From NCBI GenBank assembly GCA_013265495.1, contig MU058844.1, positions 13,910,184 to 13,974,183 of the forward strand: a DNA stretch of 64,000 nt. The letters run 5' to 3'. The position numbers and the translations under genes are program-made. Under the pieces are notes generated by a model, which was not told where the DNA came from, made no database searches, and worked only from the letters and a program-made list of their open reading frames with translations. The DNA is from Vicugna vicugna. Taxonomy: Eukaryota. Of this stretch, positions 39,113-52,592 are shown piece after piece; position 1 is the first letter of the stretch, and each line of letters opens with the position of its first letter.

Positions 39113-40921
39113 TGTTTTGGGAACACAATCCTTCTTTCTAAGACATTTTTATACTCTTTTTAGAGAAGACTTTTAATCCCATAATCATTGACATCTCTTG
39201 CCTATTTATCATGTTCAGAGAGCCGGTAGCCTTGGCAACTCATCTCTCATGACATCTTGAGCACACATACTAGGGCAGGGGCTAGGGACAGTCTTGAACA
39301 GGTCAGAGAATTAAGCTGTTGTAATATGAGACCTCTGTGGGCTCAGTGGCAAGGGCTTTATGGATACCAGACAGAGTGTCAGTTCTAAAGATCATACGAA
39401 TGAACTTGAAGAGGTTCCTGCTTTTCCTCTGCCCTCTGCAACACAAACCTTTTTGATGGATTGAACAGCTTTGTTTTTGAATTACTCTGTTGACTCGGCA
39501 ATTAAATTTTGTAATAAGAATTCCCAAAATGGCTATGCCATAAGTGAGAGCAAAAATTAAGGTTATAGAGATAGTTAGACTAGAGTCTGAATTACTGTTT
39601 TTCATTTGTTTTCCTGGAACCTATAACACTTTACTGTGCAGTGCCACAGTGAAACATAAAAAGAAACATTTTAACCCATATGTTAAGCTTTCCAGTTCCT
39701 TCTGGGCCACATGTTGCTCAATGAAATGAAGCGAAAAAAAAAAATCTGCTAGGCACCTTATTAGCAATTTAGCGATCTTTCTGCCGTTTTACCTTGGAAA
39801 ATGTCCTTGTAACACATGGACTCAGTAAGAGCATGGAGAAAAGACTAAGAGTAAAGGCGTATCATCTATAGAAGAGGTATAAATATGTCTCCCATTGCAA
39901 AGGATATTTTGAGATGAGATTTTTCATCTTCCAATTCTCTTAATCAACAAATAATTATTTAACACCTACAATCTACAGGTGCTAGATCTGTGGATGTAGT
40001 GGTAAACAGTCACTGATCTCATGAAACTTATATACTAGGTAATGTTTGTGTCATGATGCAAACCACATCAGTTAACATTATGATTCATAATTCACCACTA
40101 CATCTGTGTCTCTTATGTATTTACCTGATTGAGGTAGGTTTTCACAAATATTTATCAACTGAATCTTTTTTAATGCTTAGGAATATTTTTCTCAATTATT
40201 TTGAAAGGTCTTCTGCCTATTTATCTTAGCCAATACACTTGTTTGTTTTTGAATTGATTTCCCTCCGCCAACAATATTAATTTACCAGTTTGCCATGAAA
40301 TAAGTGTTTTAGTAGGGAAGTTGTTCATTTGATTACTACCATTATTCAGTCCCTATTTCGCCTTTGCTATTAACTGCTTGAACTTATCTTTCACAGATCT
40401 TTCACAGATTATTACTACAATAATTGCTTCCTATTACTGAAGATCATCATTATTTTAAATTTTAATTATTGCTATTATGAACCACTTTGGAATGTATGTT
40501 CGGGAGAAAGCCTTAGTAAATACATTTTTTAAAAATGGCTCAATATCATAAAATTGTATTGGAAAAACTCTACTACAATGTCTTTCAGGGGTAGATTTAA
40601 ATGTGTATTTGTATAGGATGTATACATGTTTTATTATATATATATATTAACTTCATATTCAACACTTAACACATCATTTTCACAGAGCATTGGTGGCGGT
40701 TATCACATTGCACATAACTTAAGGTAACGTACACACATGATGAAATAAAACCTGAGTAGCGGAGATTAGTAACATCTTCCCATTCCACTTTTTGAAATAT
40801 GTTAGTGAATTATGGAATTATTTTTATTGGCTGTGATATATATCCATCAAGTAGGCATAATTTCTAGTATTTTTATATCATTCTGTAACAAAAACCAGAG
40901 GTATTTGTAATTAGATTTAGC

Positions 40922-40996
40922 CTATCTATCTATATATACATACATATGTGTATATATATAAATATATATATATTTGTATATGTATATATGCACACA
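40922..40996. repeat. (TA)n-rich microsatellite
   Basis: CTATCTATCTATATATACATACATATGTGTATATATATAAATATATATATAT. Confidence 0.85.
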
Positions 40997-41639
40997 CAAG
41001 CAGATATAGATTATATACACAAATAACACTTATAAATATTTTAACAACTTATACACTTGCTCCAAACTATATGTTTGAAAAACCAGGTAGAGACCATGGC
41101 CTTATTTATATTAAAAAAAAAATCACTGTCATTGAGCAAGAAATGACAATATTACTTGAGGCTTCATAGCACGAAAGTGTTTGTGACACTTTTGTAGTAA
41201 CTGAGGCATTGACGAACGTTTCCTGACTCTGATGTAAAAAATATGTCACCGTCATGCTAATTCCTAGGATATAGATCTCTTTAATTATGCACCTTTGCAA
41301 CATCTGTTGAAGAAAGTTGATCTACTTGAAAGAAATGTATTTCCTTGCTCAGGCATTCATAAGGTGGCTTTTTGGACTTGCCAACAGCAATTCAAGGTAT
41401 CATTTATTCAGGGTACTTCCTCTAAGTCTAAAAGAATCCAAATCAATAGAAATTTTATCTCTTTGCAATCAGCATTTTTAGTAGTAGCTGAGTTTGTTTT
41501 TATCTTCTCTGAAAGATAGCTGTCTTTGGCTTGAGCTGCAAGTTACTTTGATTTACCTTTTTGTCCTCCCTGAGGCGTTCCATATGAAATGTTCTAAATC
41601 CAAATGCTTGGAATTTCTCCTTCAAATACTTGTTCCCGT

Positions 41640-41767
41640 CTTCCTCCACTTCTGCCATTTTCTCTTTTCTCCCTTCTTTTCTCCCATCTTTTTTTCTTTC
41701 TCCCATCCTTTTCTCCTCCCTTCTTTTCTTCCTTCTTTCCTCCCTTCCTTCCTTCTTTCTTTCTTTG
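41640..41767. repeat. Polypyrimidine / (TTCC)n low-complexity tract
   Basis: Nearly pure C/T run ending in CCTTCCTTCCTTCTTTCTTTCTTT. Confidence 0.85.
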
Positions 41768-41877
41768 AAATGACTTAGTACATTAACAACTTACCTGAAC
41801 CTAAATCGTTCAGTTTATATTTATTTTTGCTGATTAATTATATACAATATTCAGTGAAATCAATGCATGCTTTGTAG

Positions 41878-42078
41878 TCATAGACTCACGGGTTATTCAT
41901 CTGACTTTGCCCTTAGTATTTACGTTACCTTGAACAAGCTGCACAAATTCTATTTCATCACATGTAAAACAGGAATATTAATATCTATTTCTTGGGTAGG
42001 GGTGAAGATAAGTATTTTTCAAATGATTAGTTCCATAAAGATACATGTTAGGTGCTCAGAAAATGTTAATTTCCTTCC
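41878..42078 (+). mobile_element. MIR SINE
   Basis: AGACTCACGGGTT...TTACCTTGAACAAG...TATTTCATCACATGTAAAACAGGAATATTAATATCTA...TAGGTGCTCAGAAAATGTTA. Confidence 0.75.
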
Positions 42079-42689
42079 CTTTATCTTGCATGAGATAGTT
42101 GATACCATAGTAAGCGAGGTGCATTCTCTGCTTATACCTGACCAATGAGGATAAGCTAAGTACGTAAGTAATACAAACACAGATCATGTATATAAAGAGC
42201 ATCTTAACAACTTATCATAAGGTTCATAGAAAGAAGCTATTATTTCTGTCAAGGAGAATTAAGAAAGTTTCCATGGAAGAAGTCAGTTTTGGAACAGACC
42301 TCAAAAAACAAACAGAAAATACAATTAAAGGCTATTGAGCTAGTGAAATTTGTATTCTGGGTAGTGAGAGTATCAAGAAGTGCTGAGAGAGTACAATCAA
42401 TAAAAAACATACAGAAGGCAGTCCGGCTTCCTTGAACTCTACAGTATGTTGGGAGACAGTGAGGAATAATGCTAGAAAATTAGTTTGAAGCCCTGTTGTG
42501 AAAAGTCTTGAATTTTGGTTTTCAAAATTTGCAAATTAATTCCTTAATTTTTCTTTTTACTCTTCCTCCACTTACAATATCCCTAACCAAGTCCATGAAG
42601 TCAGAATTTGCTTGGTGTTTCTGATACTGAAGCTTGCACGTTTGAACATGCTCTTTCCAATTTCCACTTAATAGTAAACTTTTGTGTTG

Positions 42690-44200
42690 AATATGCAAAA
42701 TAGTAGATGCTTTGTTATATTTTAAATAAATTATAAAACCCCTCAAATCTTATTTTTAATTTGCCTACATATTTACCATTTTTTTGTATTCTTAATTTTT
42801 TTGTGTGGAATTAAGTTTTTTCTATGTGGAATTATTTTGCCTTCAGCCAGAAGACTTCTTTTGTCGCATCTCATAGTACAAGTCTGCTAGCCATTAGTTC
42901 CCTCATCTTTTGTTTTTCTGAGAATTTCTCTATATTACCTTTATTTCTTAAAAATATTTTTCCTGGATATTAAATTTTAATTTAATAGGTTGTTTTCTTT
43001 CACTATGATAAATACATGCCATTTCTTTCTGGTTTGCATTGTTTCTGAAAAGAAGTCGATAGAATTCTAATCTTTGTTCCTCTGAATGTAAACTTTTGAT
43101 CATTTCTTCAAATATTTTCACCGTCTCACTTTTCTCTCCTTCTGTGATTTCAACCATATGAATTTTAAACTGCTTGATATTATTCTATATACCACTTAGA
43201 CTATTTTTTAAGACTTTTTTTCTATATGTTTAACTTGGATAATCATTTGTTTAGTGTCTAATCTAATATTAAACCCATCTAGTTAGATTTTTCTCAGATA
43301 TTACATTTTTCATCTCTAGAAGTTCCATTTGATTTTTAAAATGTATTTTGCTTCTCATTATATTCATATTTTTCTCTAAGTTCTTAAGCAAAACTATAAC
43401 AGTTTTTTAAACATGTTCTGTTACTTCAACTGTCTTCGTCACTTCTGAGTCTGTTTCTAATGATTGATTGTTCTCCTGGTTATTGGTCACATTTTCCTGT
43501 TTTTGGCATGTCTAGTAAAGTCCTGTTGGATGCTGGATATTATAAATGTTAAATTTTCTGATGTCTGGATTTGTTTTTTTTTTTTCCTTTAAAGATTTTA
43601 GCCATCATGTTTTATAACAGTTTAAGTGACTCCTGGATCAACTTGCTTTTTTTTTTTTTAATTTAAAGATTCTAACCTTTTTTAGGATGCATGTAGATTA
43701 GTCGTAACTCCTACCACCACCTTAGCCTTTTCACTAAAACATGGCCTTCTTGGGTCTCTAATGAATGCTTGAATACTCAGTAAAGTTCTTCTACTTTGGC
43801 TGTTTGGAATTTAAGTATCTTTCTGTCCTGTGAGAGCTTTGGGAATTATTCAGTTTACAGCTCCAGGTATTTTTTTTTTTTTTGCTGAATCTTAACCCCT
43901 ATCAAATTTCTGAAGCTCTCTTTCTGTGTATTTTTCCCTCTTATCCATTACTTCCAGTATAATAGTTGCCTCAGCCTTCCCAAACTAGATTCCCTATCTC
44001 CTAAATTCAGGGATACAACTCTGCTCTGCTGGGATTCCCCATGCCATCGCTGTGGTCTGCAATGTGGCTGTAGGCAGAAAGGCAACATGACCATAATGAT
44101 CATTTCACTTGATTTTCTTATCTCAAAGCTTAGCGTTCTGAGTTGCATTTTGTCCAATGTCTGAAAAAAAGTCGTTTCATGTATTTTGTCCAGTTCCTAG
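42690..44200 (-). mobile_element. Ancient L1M fragment (5'/ORF1 region), antisense
   Basis: T-rich with TTGCATTGTTTCTGAAAAGAAGTC, TTTTCATCTCTAGAAGTTCCATTTGATTTT and TCTGAGTCTGTTTCTAATGATTG, typical of antisense L1MC/ME. Confidence 0.75.
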
Positions 44201-44329
44201 TTCCAACTGGATACTTGGCACTTAGTTTCTTGGAGGAATTGCTTTTTGCCTTCCTGTGTTGGGTAACTGTATCATTTTTGTTTGTGCTAGAATATTTGGA
44301 AGATGGGCTTGAGTTAAGAGTTGTTGATG

Positions 44330-44544
44330 ATACTAACTACTATATATAAAATAGATAAACAACAAGGTCCTACTGTATAGCACAGGGAACTATATTCAAT
44401 AACTTGTAACCTATAATGAAGAGAAATACAAAAATGAATATATGTATGTGTATGTATGACTGAAACATTGTGCTGTACACCAGAAATTGACACAACATTG
44501 TAAATTGACTATATTTCAATTCATAAAAAAGAGAGAGAGAAAAA
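44330..44544 (+). mobile_element. 5'-truncated L1 3' tail with target-site duplication
   Basis: TATATATAAAATAGATAAACAACAAGGTCCTACTGTATAGCACAGGGAACTATATTCAATA plus an A/GA tail; imperfect TSD AAGAGTTGTTGATG (44316-44329) / AAGAGTCATTGCTG (44545-44558). Confidence 0.9.
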
Positions 44545-45891
44545 AAGAGTCATTGCTGTAGGTGTCAGCGCAGCCAAATGGGCACAGTTTTCTCATCGTG
44601 GCTAGAATCACCAAGATCCTTGTTTTATTTTAAAAAAATTTCCCCGTATCATTGTCTATCTATGTTTTTATTTATCTGTCTTCACCAAAAAGGTAAAGAT
44701 TTTGGAAGTATTTCTCTTGGGAAGGGTCTTAATTTTGAAGTAAATCAGACCTAAGTTCGTACTGTTGTTTTGGCATAAAATGTTTCAGAATCAAGACATA
44801 ATACGCTTTCTTCAACATTATCATGAGACAACTCAAATACTGGGTTCACAGGACTGGACAATTAGAACTCTTTCCATTATTCCATATTTGTTCATACAAT
44901 TACAAACTAAATGGCTCTGTCTTAACTACCATTTTTTAAAGATAGTTTATATTGACTGAAATACGCTTTTTTATTAAGGCGTTTTGGAATTTGATAATTA
45001 CAAAAGCTTCGATTTTGCCCATAGAAGCCATTTTGCAACACTAGGTGAGAAAAAAAGAGAAATTCATCTTTCTTAGTAGCCCTGAGGGAAATCATGTACT
45101 GGAGTATATTTCCTAGAAAGGATATAAAAATTGTGAAAGTCAATGGGAATGTGTAATAAGTCCATGAAAATTAATTACACAAAAGTGAAGAAAGGTTTGG
45201 TCATTTAAAAAATAGACAATGAAAATTCTTTGGGTATTTTCTGTGTTTATTGTGGGGTTTTTTTTTTTTTTTACACTTCACACAAATAAATTATAAAGAG
45301 CTTCTAAATAACGCCGTAAAGTTTACATACACTTGTACACAAAGGTGTGAGTTTAATCTACTGTTGAAACACACAGGTTCATGTGTTCGACTGTCTGAGG
45401 TGAAACCTAAAGTTCACCAAAATCAGTTCACTGATTTATTATAGTTTTTTTTTTCTCATTTGAATATTAGATTTATACTGGGATCTTTGTTATCTAAGAA
45501 GTAGTTCTTGTTTGGCTTAAACACTTAATAATACAGAGTGATTATTCTAAATTAGTGAGTGAAGGGAGAGAGATTGTTCTAAGTAATGATGGTCTTTTGC
45601 CTCCTGCTCTCTTACAAAGCAGACTATAGATAATGCAGAACATTTCCATTTAGAATCTAAAGATTACCAAGTCAATACTTAAAATGAAACAAAGAGTGAC
45701 ATTAGCGGCCCATCTCTCTGGGGTGAGAATTTTGCCAAGTAAAACTGTTCCAGGTCTTTAGAGTTAAGACTTGTTACACTTTAAAGAAAAGCATTTTATG
45801 TAATACTGTATGGTTTTCTATTAATAGTGGCAGTTTTAAGTTTGTTGGAAAAGGAAATAAAACAGATTGATATAAAATCTAAGACTTTCCA

Positions 45892-46027
45892 GATGCTTGA
45901 CACTTAGGTTTTTAGAGACGTTGCTTTTTGCATTCCTGTGTTAGGTAACTGTGTCAGTTTTATTTTCGCAAGAATATTTGGAAGGTGGGCTCAAGTTAAG
46001 AGTCCTGGCTGTAGGCTTCAGCACAGC
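45892..46027 (+). repeat. Second copy of a ~135-bp local direct duplication (first copy 44210-44575, L1-interrupted)
   Basis: Collinear similarity, e.g. TTGCTTTTTGC-TTCCTGTGTT-GGTAACTGT and AGAATATTTGGAAG-TGGGCT--AGTTAAGAGT in both copies. Confidence 0.9.
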
Positions 46028-46539
46028 TATAATTTATAAGGCACTTGCCAAGCTTCATGTCTATGGCCTGGATCTGTCATAAAATGAGTGCATGACAAAA
46101 TCTGACTACTTCTGACACGTCCAGCATACATTTTATGCAAACAGCCTTACTCAGTTTTGCTCTGAATAGGAACCAAACCATCCTTAAATAATATAATGAG
46201 ACATTTGCATTGGAAGAGACAGGACTGGAAAGAATGATCTGGATCCTGATCCAGGATATTTGAGATTTGTCTTAGAAGAATCTCATTATACAAAGGTCCC
46301 TTGCTTAAGACCTTTGGTAAATACATACTTCATCGGCCTCTGTATGCCACACCCACTGTGAAAGTCAGCCTAGAATTTGGCACCACCTAGCAAAAATAAT
46401 TTTAGCATGAAGTTCTTGAAATATTAAAAATAAGGACTTTGATCTTAGAGTGAACAAAGGTGATCAGTATTTTACAAACTTGTACATATTTAATCATAGT
46501 TACTTTACACACATCTTTAGACAATACATTCTGCCTCTT

Positions 46540-46660
46540 TCTACTGGACAGTAAACCTCTTGAGGAAAAGGATCATTTCTTGTTTGTTTTATAATTTGAG
46601 CACCCAGCAGTGTCTGGCAAATGCCTCAGTCATTTTTTTAATAAATAAATAGTGCATGAA
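46540..46660 (+). mobile_element. L2 3' end
   Basis: CTACTGGACAGTAAACCTCTTGAGGAAAAGGATCAT...AGCACCCAGCAGTGTCTGGCA. Confidence 0.7.
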
Positions 46661-47169
46661 GAAAACCCTAAATCCTTTCGGTACTAAGAACTACGGCTGT
46701 TTTCACCACGCGAGGAGAGTCCTGAGATAATTTTACTTTTATGCTTTATGTGAAGGTTTTAGAATAACTTTTGTTTGGAGCCCTGATCCAAGATGATTAT
46801 ATCTCATTCTTACAAACTCGTTCTTTTATACTTATTGAACTTTCTCCTCTATTTCTCATTCATCCGAAGCCCTCTTCAGGTGCCTCAGGCACCTCTGTTC
46901 CTAGGGAACTGTGTTCCTTCCATTGTTCAGTCTCCTCACAGAACACACTGCTGCTTCTTGCTGTAAATAAAATGTGCCGGTTCCCAGAACACACGACCCC
47001 TTCAGCCATGTCAAGTTGCGACTGCTCGCTCTACTAACTCCCACTTAATAGAGAAATGCCAGGTAAGGTGGTATTTTATATTTCCGCTAGATCACTCATC
47101 CATCTTCACCATTATGGAATGAATCCTTATTCTAATTACCAATGGCACATTCTACTGATTACCATCTTC

Positions 47170-48140
47170 AATTATCATCTACTGTTATCACGTCACTCAC
47201 ACCTACCTCTCATCCTTTTTCCTCTCCAAGTCCTGATATCATCTCTTACGTCAATGTCACTTTGTACGTCCCATCAAAATTCCTTGACCTCCCCAAACAC
47301 AGCGAATTCTACCTGGACTTCACTTCAGGTAACCATCCCACAGATACACTGTAAATATATGACTTGCCAAATCATGGAGAACAGTCTTGTATCTTTATGT
47401 ATTTAGTTTGCCCACCAGACCTCCTACTTCCTCAAGGCTTCTAGTCACTTTACTCCATTATCTAACAATTTATCAGCCCTTTTCTTATCACGTCCCTACT
47501 CAGAATAGCTCAATAGCTTCCTATTATGTTTAAAATAAAAATTTAGCTTCTTACATTGGCCTACAAGATCCACGATGATCTGGTCACTCCCAAAGTTCGT
47601 GATTTCATTCTCCTCTGTTCTCCTCAGTTCTTCATACTCTAGACTCATTGGTTGCGTTCCTAACTCCAGAATAAAAAACTGGCTCCTAACTAAGAACCTC
47701 GCATGATTTTTTTCCCTTTAAACTGGATGACCCTTCCGTTAGATTTCTAACATGACTCCCTTTATCACTCAAGTTTGAACTTAAATGCCACCTCATCAGA
47801 CCCCTCTCAGTAAAGCAGGCTTCCCCTTCCAAACCTTACTGTCCCTGATTACCCTCTACCATATTACTCTAACTTCTTCACAGAATTAGTGTCTGAAATA
47901 TATTTATTAACTCTGTGTTTAGTATCTTTCTTTTCCCTCCTCAGAGCAAAGACCTTTTCTGTCTTAGTCATTGCTATATACTCAGTGCTTCGAAGACCTT
48001 CAGGAAAGATGAGTTAAGCAATTGACAGACACACACCACAAGTTAAGCTCCTAGAGGAACAATGATCTTGTATCAACCAAGACATCCTCTGATGTCTTTG
48101 GCACAAGTGGTCAATGACAAATATTGGTGGGAAGAATAAA
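47170..48140 (+). mobile_element. Degraded L2 fragments
   Basis: CTCAATAGCTTCCTATT, TGGCCTACAAGATCCACGATGATCTGG, CTTAAATGCCACCTCATCAGA, CTTAGTCATTGCTATATACTCAGTGC. Confidence 0.65.
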
Positions 48141-49220
48141 TCTTCAAAAGGAATGAAAATGGGACATAGACATATAAAATTTAAACTCTAAATACAGATT
48201 TTTAAAAGCCATTGCATTTCCATTATTGTAGATTAAAATGACAAAATTAAAACAAAAATATCCCTGTACTGATCCAAAGTTGTGTAGAAAGACCTCAAAG
48301 TATTCGTCTGATGTATTCTACTTCCAGGAGTCATCCTTGGCATTCAAGATTGGTGTACAAATGTTTATTAAAACATCACTTGGTATAGTAAATAATTGTA
48401 AATGGTCTTTATGTCAACAGCAGGAAGTTGGTTACAATAGTTCTAAGATGGAGTAAAAGTCATTTCAAATGACAGAAGGACATTAAGATGTTTTCTCTTG
48501 TCCAGAAGTGAGAGGAAGATTCTCCTTTTTCCTGTTAAATATATTCTATTAAACAAGATCTTATTTTTAGTTCAAATAAAAATTCCACCTCTTTACACTG
48601 TGAAAGCTTTTCCGAAGCTCCTGGTAGCCTGTGGTTCTGTGTTAGGAAGCATTAAAAGAGGTATTACAGATTCTCATGACAAAGAATCTAGGATAAGGGA
48701 GTTTTAAGGATTTCTTTTTTGACATCATGAAACATTTAAATTATAAAAACCAAATCAACCTGAAGAAATATAATACACCTATCACGGGATTTTGATAAAG
48801 CCGCAATGGTACAGTCAATATACACCATTATAGGATAGAGATGAGTATGTGCGTAAAGATAGGAGAAGAGAGCAGAGCTAAATTGAGGTCTTTGGTCCTC
48901 ACAGAAAATAACCAGCCACCCCACTGATTACCAGTCCACAGTCTCCCATGCAGCTGTGTTTCCCTTCCTCCATGTTTTCTCATTGTGAGAGTCATGTTTC
49001 TAAAGAGGTTTCTGCAGACCTAGTCAAGCATTTACTTCTAAAAAAGGGAGTCTCAGCGTACGGCAGAGATACCCTTGAGGCCCTGGCGTGCAGGGATCTG
49101 GAGAAAACACCTTCCCTCCCTGCTGAAACCTCAGAGATTTTGGCAGAAGATACTTTTAAAACTATGGATCTGAAGATCCATTATTTAGTATGAGAAATAT
49201 GTTTAGCTGCTCACCCGGAG

Positions 49221-49438
49221 CAGGTGAACTAAGGTAAACCGAGGCCGGCGGGCCAGATCCATCTGGTTCACCACTTGCTTTTGTGAATGAGGTAACACTG
49301 CTCCACCCATTCGTCTATGTATTTTTTACAGTCCGCTATGGCTGAGCTCTGTAGTTGCAACAGGGACCATATGGTGCACAGAGCCTAAAACATTTACCAT
49401 CTGGCCCCTGAAGAGAAACAAGTTCATAGACCTCTAGC
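49221..49438 (+). mobile_element. MER58A-like hAT-Charlie MITE
   Basis: GGCCGGCGGGCCAGATCC...TTTTGTGAATGAGGT...AGTTGCAACAGGGACCATATGG..CACAGAGCCTAAAACATTTACCATCTGGCCC. Confidence 0.8.
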
Positions 49439-51457
49439 CTAGAGCATTCTTCTCATCTAGATTTCAAATTAACTTAACGAAAGTTTTGTGTAAGGTATTT
49501 CCCATGGCCTGTTATTGTTACTAATCACTTGACACCATAATAAAACATAATAAATTCTTATTAGAAAAATTCCTCTCTTAGTCTCTTTTCTAAGGAAAAA
49601 AGAGAATAGTGAATTAAGTCCTCATATCTCTTAACTGCAGTTTCTTCTATTTGTATTAATATTCTAATAGTCTGTTGAATATGAAAATTCATATCAGACA
49701 CATTCTCAGTGAATCTCTTACTGACACAGAATTCTGGAATTATAATTAAATTCATGTCCTACTTAGAAACTGGCTATAAATATTTTATATGGGCATCATA
49801 CAAACTAGAACCTTATAGATTATGTTCATTAAAATAAATACAAATATTCAGTGCCCAGAGTTTTTCCATAAGCCCCCATGTGAAATATATTCATTAATTC
49901 AATTTGTGAGTAGGTCATTTAATTCTTGTACTTAGTTGAGAAAGTTTTTCTTCATATTTAGACATTTTTAACCAAATTTTGATTTTTTTTCCTTAGACTA
50001 GCTGTCTCTGAAAGGAATCTAGAAAAACATTTTCAACCTGATGAAAATAAATATGGATAAGACATAAAGGGAAAATTTTAGTCAGTGCCTAACGTAGAGC
50101 TAAACTCTTTCTCTCTACAAAGGTAGATTCAATCTCATTCAAACAGTAAATATTTCTTAGTAATCGTCTCCGCCACCAACACACAAACACACAGACTTTC
50201 AACAAAATAAATGCTGTTTCTGAGATAGTTTGTCATGATAAGAATCACTCGTTTGTCACTATATTCTAGAGCTTAAGGATGATTCTTATTCTCAAGAAGC
50301 ATCAGGTTGATCATTAATAGAGCTATACTAACTTGAAGAATTCAAGATTAAAGGAAGAGCTAGGAGAAATCAATCAATCCAACTTCCACCCAGCACTGAA
50401 ATTGTTTTGTGCGTCCATCTAATAGTATATAACCAAACAGCTTCTGTTACTTCTAGTAACAGACAACTCAGCTCCCTAACAGCAAACATACTTACTTGCT
50501 TATATGTGACAACTAGTTCACACTGGCTGCTCATATTAGTCTGGCACTTAACTGAAGGACTCCTGTTAAGCCGGTTGTCTTAACTTAAAGTTCTTAGAGT
50601 TCAGTGTTTCATGCATAATATTAACACTTTGTACATATTATCACTTTAAATTTTCAGTTTTATAAAAGTGTATGATTCTTTTCTATTGGTAAGAGAACTA
50701 AGGCATTATATGTACAAAGAAATTAGTGACCATCTTCTTTTCTCTCCCATGGACTCTTTTCCATGCAGATGATTTATTAAAAATGTTGGACTGTTTCCTT
50801 TCCAAATTCTAGTCATCCTTTAAGGCTCAGAGTTCAACCCTTTGCAATCTTGAAAAAATCATGTTATGACACATTATTTCTTCTTTTCTTTGAACTCCTA
50901 CAGACCTATAGTTTGTACTAAACAGTTCAGCACCGAATCACAAACTATTCTAGATTTTCTAATTGCTTCATGTATATCAGTCTAGTTTCTCCAAAACCAT
51001 AACAGACATTTTACTTACTTAAATCTTACATACTTCATTCTACCATTGTCTTCAAAGCATTTTGCAATTCAAAAGAGTAATTGACTGAATTTTTAAGGAC
51101 ATATATTTCAAATGGTTTTAGTTACCAATTGTCGAGCTGCCTGTAGTTCAGTCTCTTTCTGTTACAATTCATCTTTGTTTTTCCTTTTTGTTTTCAATCA
51201 GATATTTGAACTTCTTTTGATTTACAGGAATCAGTTACAGGGGCACACCACTTTTTTTTTTCTCAGTACCAAGGAGATAGTATATAATGTTTGAGTTTTG
51301 TTTCATACTGCCACGAGGCACTTCCCTTGTAGTAGTAGAGAGTTGATACTTACTAATCAATCGTAAGATTATATTCATGATGTCTCGTGATCATAGAAGG
51401 TATTTCTTATGTTTCTTGCAGTTAGAATTTCTCGTTGCTTAACATCACTAACATTCA

Positions 51458-51725
51458 TAGACTCACAGACAGAGAATACAGACTTGTGGTTACCAGGCGT
51501 GTGGAGGGTGGGAAGGGATAGACTGGGATTTCAAAATTGTAGAATAGATAAACAAGATTACACTGTATAGCACAGGGAAATATACACGAAATGTTATGAT
51601 AACTCACAGAGAAAAAAATGTGGAGTGTGTTTATGTCCATGAATGACTGAAAAATTGTGCTGAACACTGGAATTTGACACAACATTGTAAAATGATTATA
51701 AATCAATAAAAAATGTTAAAAAAAA
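51458..51725 (+). mobile_element. Young 5'-truncated L1 3' tail with perfect 14-bp TSD
   Basis: AGACTCACAGACAGAGAATACAGACTTGTGGTTACCAG...CAATAAAAAATGTTAAAAAAAA flanked by ATCACTAACATTCA at 51444-51457 and 51726-51739. Confidence 0.92.
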
Positions 51726-52592
51726 ATCACTAACATTCAGAGAGAAGCAAATCAAAACCACAATGATATATCACCTCTCACCTATCATTAAAAAAAAACT
51801 AGTAAATGTTGGTAAGGATATATAGAAATTGAAAACCTGGCACCCTATTGGTAGAAATATAAAATGGTGCAGCCACTATGGAATACAGAATAGAGGTTCC
51901 TCAAAACAATTAAAAATAAAACTACCACATGATCCAGCAATCCCACTTCTGGGTATTTATCTAAAAGAATTGGTATCAGGATCTCAAAGTGACACCTGAA
52001 CTCTCATATTTATTGCAGCATTATTCACAATAGTTAAGGTATAGAAACAACCCAAATAACCATTGACAAATGAATGGATAAAGAAAATATAGTACATATA
52101 TGCAATGGAATATTACTCAGCTTTAAAGAAGAAGGAAATTTTACCATTTGGGGACAACACATGGGTGGACCTGGAAGACATTATGCTAAGTGAAATGTCA
52201 GTCATAGAAGGATAATACTGCATGATTGCACTTATCTGAAGTATATAAAATAATCAAGCTCATAGAAATAGAGAATAGAATGCTGGTTGCCAGGGGATGG
52301 GTGGAGGTGGAAATAGGGAATTATTCAGGGGGTATGAAATTACAGTTATACAAAAGGAAGAAGTTCTAGAGATCTGCTATAAAACAGTGTCTATAATTAA
52401 CAACACGACATGCATTCTAAAACTAAAAAGGGTAGACCATGCTAGGTGTTCTTAATCTTTCGAAGGTGCTGGATATATTTATCATCTTGATTTTGGTGAT
52501 GGTATAAAAGTGTATGCATATGTCCAAACTCATCAAAATGGATACATTATATATGCAATCTTTGTATATTTGACATACCTCAATAAAGCTGA
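51726..52592 (+). mobile_element. Older L1MA/MB 3' end (ORF2 C-terminus plus 3' UTR)
   Basis: GCAAATCAAAACCACAATGATATATCACCTC, ATGATCCAGCAATCCCACTTCTGGGTATTTATC, TGAATGGATAAAGAAAAT, ending ACCTCAATAAAGCTG. Confidence 0.92.

Noticed and set aside
38781..39176. ORFs of 79-131 aa with KERK/SFFL repeats
   Set aside because: They are translations of the (TTTC)n microsatellite, not genes.
50925..50945. TTCAGCACC REST/NRSE half-site
   Set aside because: The right half (GGACAG) is absent and the site lies in probable L2-derived sequence.
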